In this document: positions 63,517 through 64,000 of the stretch, in pieces | How the letters are laid out: the number at the start of each line of letters is the position of its first letter | Numbering within the stretch: the first letter of the stretch is position 1 | Assembly: GCA_963811105.1 (NCBI GenBank) | Contig: CAWEPZ010000002.1 | Location: forward strand, 416,001-480,000 | DNA length: 64,000 nucleotides | Source: Candidatus Bathyarchaeota archaeon | GTDB taxonomy: Archaea; Thermoproteota; Bathyarchaeia; Bathyarchaeales; Bathycorpusculaceae | Reading direction: 5' to 3' | Program-made: the position numbers and the translations under genes | The notes under the pieces: generated by a model | Told to the model about the DNA's origin: nothing | What the model saw: the letters and a program-made list of their open reading frames with translations, nothing else | Database searches by the model: none

Positions 63517-64000
63517 TGAGCAACCAACTAAAATGCGCAAGTCAAAAAAGAGCCATTCAAGTAAATAATAGCACTCTTAATGGCATCGATTACTTGGAAG
63601 TCGTTCCGCCTGCAAACGTTGGCGATCTCCCATTATTGCTGGTTTTTTGTTTTAAATCACTTAAGACTGACGATTATCAGAAGAATGTTCTCATAGAAGG
63701 AGGTGTTCGCATAAGAAACATTGGCGTCGTATGGGCAAAACGCTATCCTTCTACAAACGTAAAGTTAGACGGCACAGAAAACAAAAATATCTCAGACGTA
63801 ATAGGAAATTATCCTCAACAGAACGTTCTTGTGATTCGGCCAACAAGTAATGGAGATTTCTCAAATTATACACTTCGATTAGTAGAATCACCAGATTCAA
63901 CTTTGCCTCTTTCTGATTTTGACTCTGTCCTATCGAGTGTGAGATTCAACTTTAGAGTTGAATGTCCATCCGACATCGACTGTAACGCAAAGACGGTTTG
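63516..64000 (+). CDS. baseplate assembly protein (Afp11/gpJ-like), 3'-partial, not in ORF track
   Basis: ATG overlaps the gp25 stop; LNGIDYLEV, IEGGVRI, GDFSNYTLRLV, FD..LS...FNFRVECPSDIDC. Confidence 0.88.
   Translation, partial: MSNQLKCASQKRAIQVNNSTLNGIDYLEVVPPANVGDLPLLLVFCFKSLKTDDYQKNVLIEGGVRIRNIGVVWAKRYPSTNVKLDGTENKNISDVIGNYPQQNVLVIRPTSNGDFSNYTLRLVESPDSTLPLSDFDSVLSSVRFNFRVECPSDIDCNAKTV

Noticed and set aside
44788-64000. Prophage tail or canonical T6SS
   Set aside because: No capsid, portal or terminase in the cluster and no TssJLM/TssBC/ClpV; DUF4255, Afp15-type ATPase and DUF4157 point to eCIS

Overview
Archaeal genomic window, most likely Bathyarchaeia (inferred from gene style, an archaeal A1-U72 tRNA-Gln, deoxyhypusine synthase and TTG/GTG starts). 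Most of it is accessory DNA. 1-8 kb: a NikR-like regulator divergent from a ZnuABC-type ABC transporter, an orphan IS200/IS605 right-end remnant and a decayed provirus-like module. 8-25 kb: a patchwork of small cargo genes (hemerythrin, paired radical SAM enzymes, DUF1801, hydrolases, metal/redox proteins, an 840-aa permuted papain-like protein) separated by a degenerate tRNA-T-arm-like repeat family and IS remnants. 25-38 kb: two sensor kinases, an agmatine/polyamine cluster (aguA, aguB, dys) and tRNA-Gln(CTG). 38-44 kb: a membrane-anchored PKD-repeat protein, IS debris and a second copy of the provirus-like module. 44.8-64 kb (runs off the edge): a contractile injection system (eCIS, Afp/PVC-like) with sheath, tube, DUF4255 cap, AAA+ ATPase, an inverted spike block, PAAR, gp25 and baseplate. 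It carries a candidate effector: DUF4157 + 2 LysM + a zinc-phospholipase C domain. All family calls come from motif recognition by eye; no database searches were run. Several single-base frameshifts look like long-read assembly errors.
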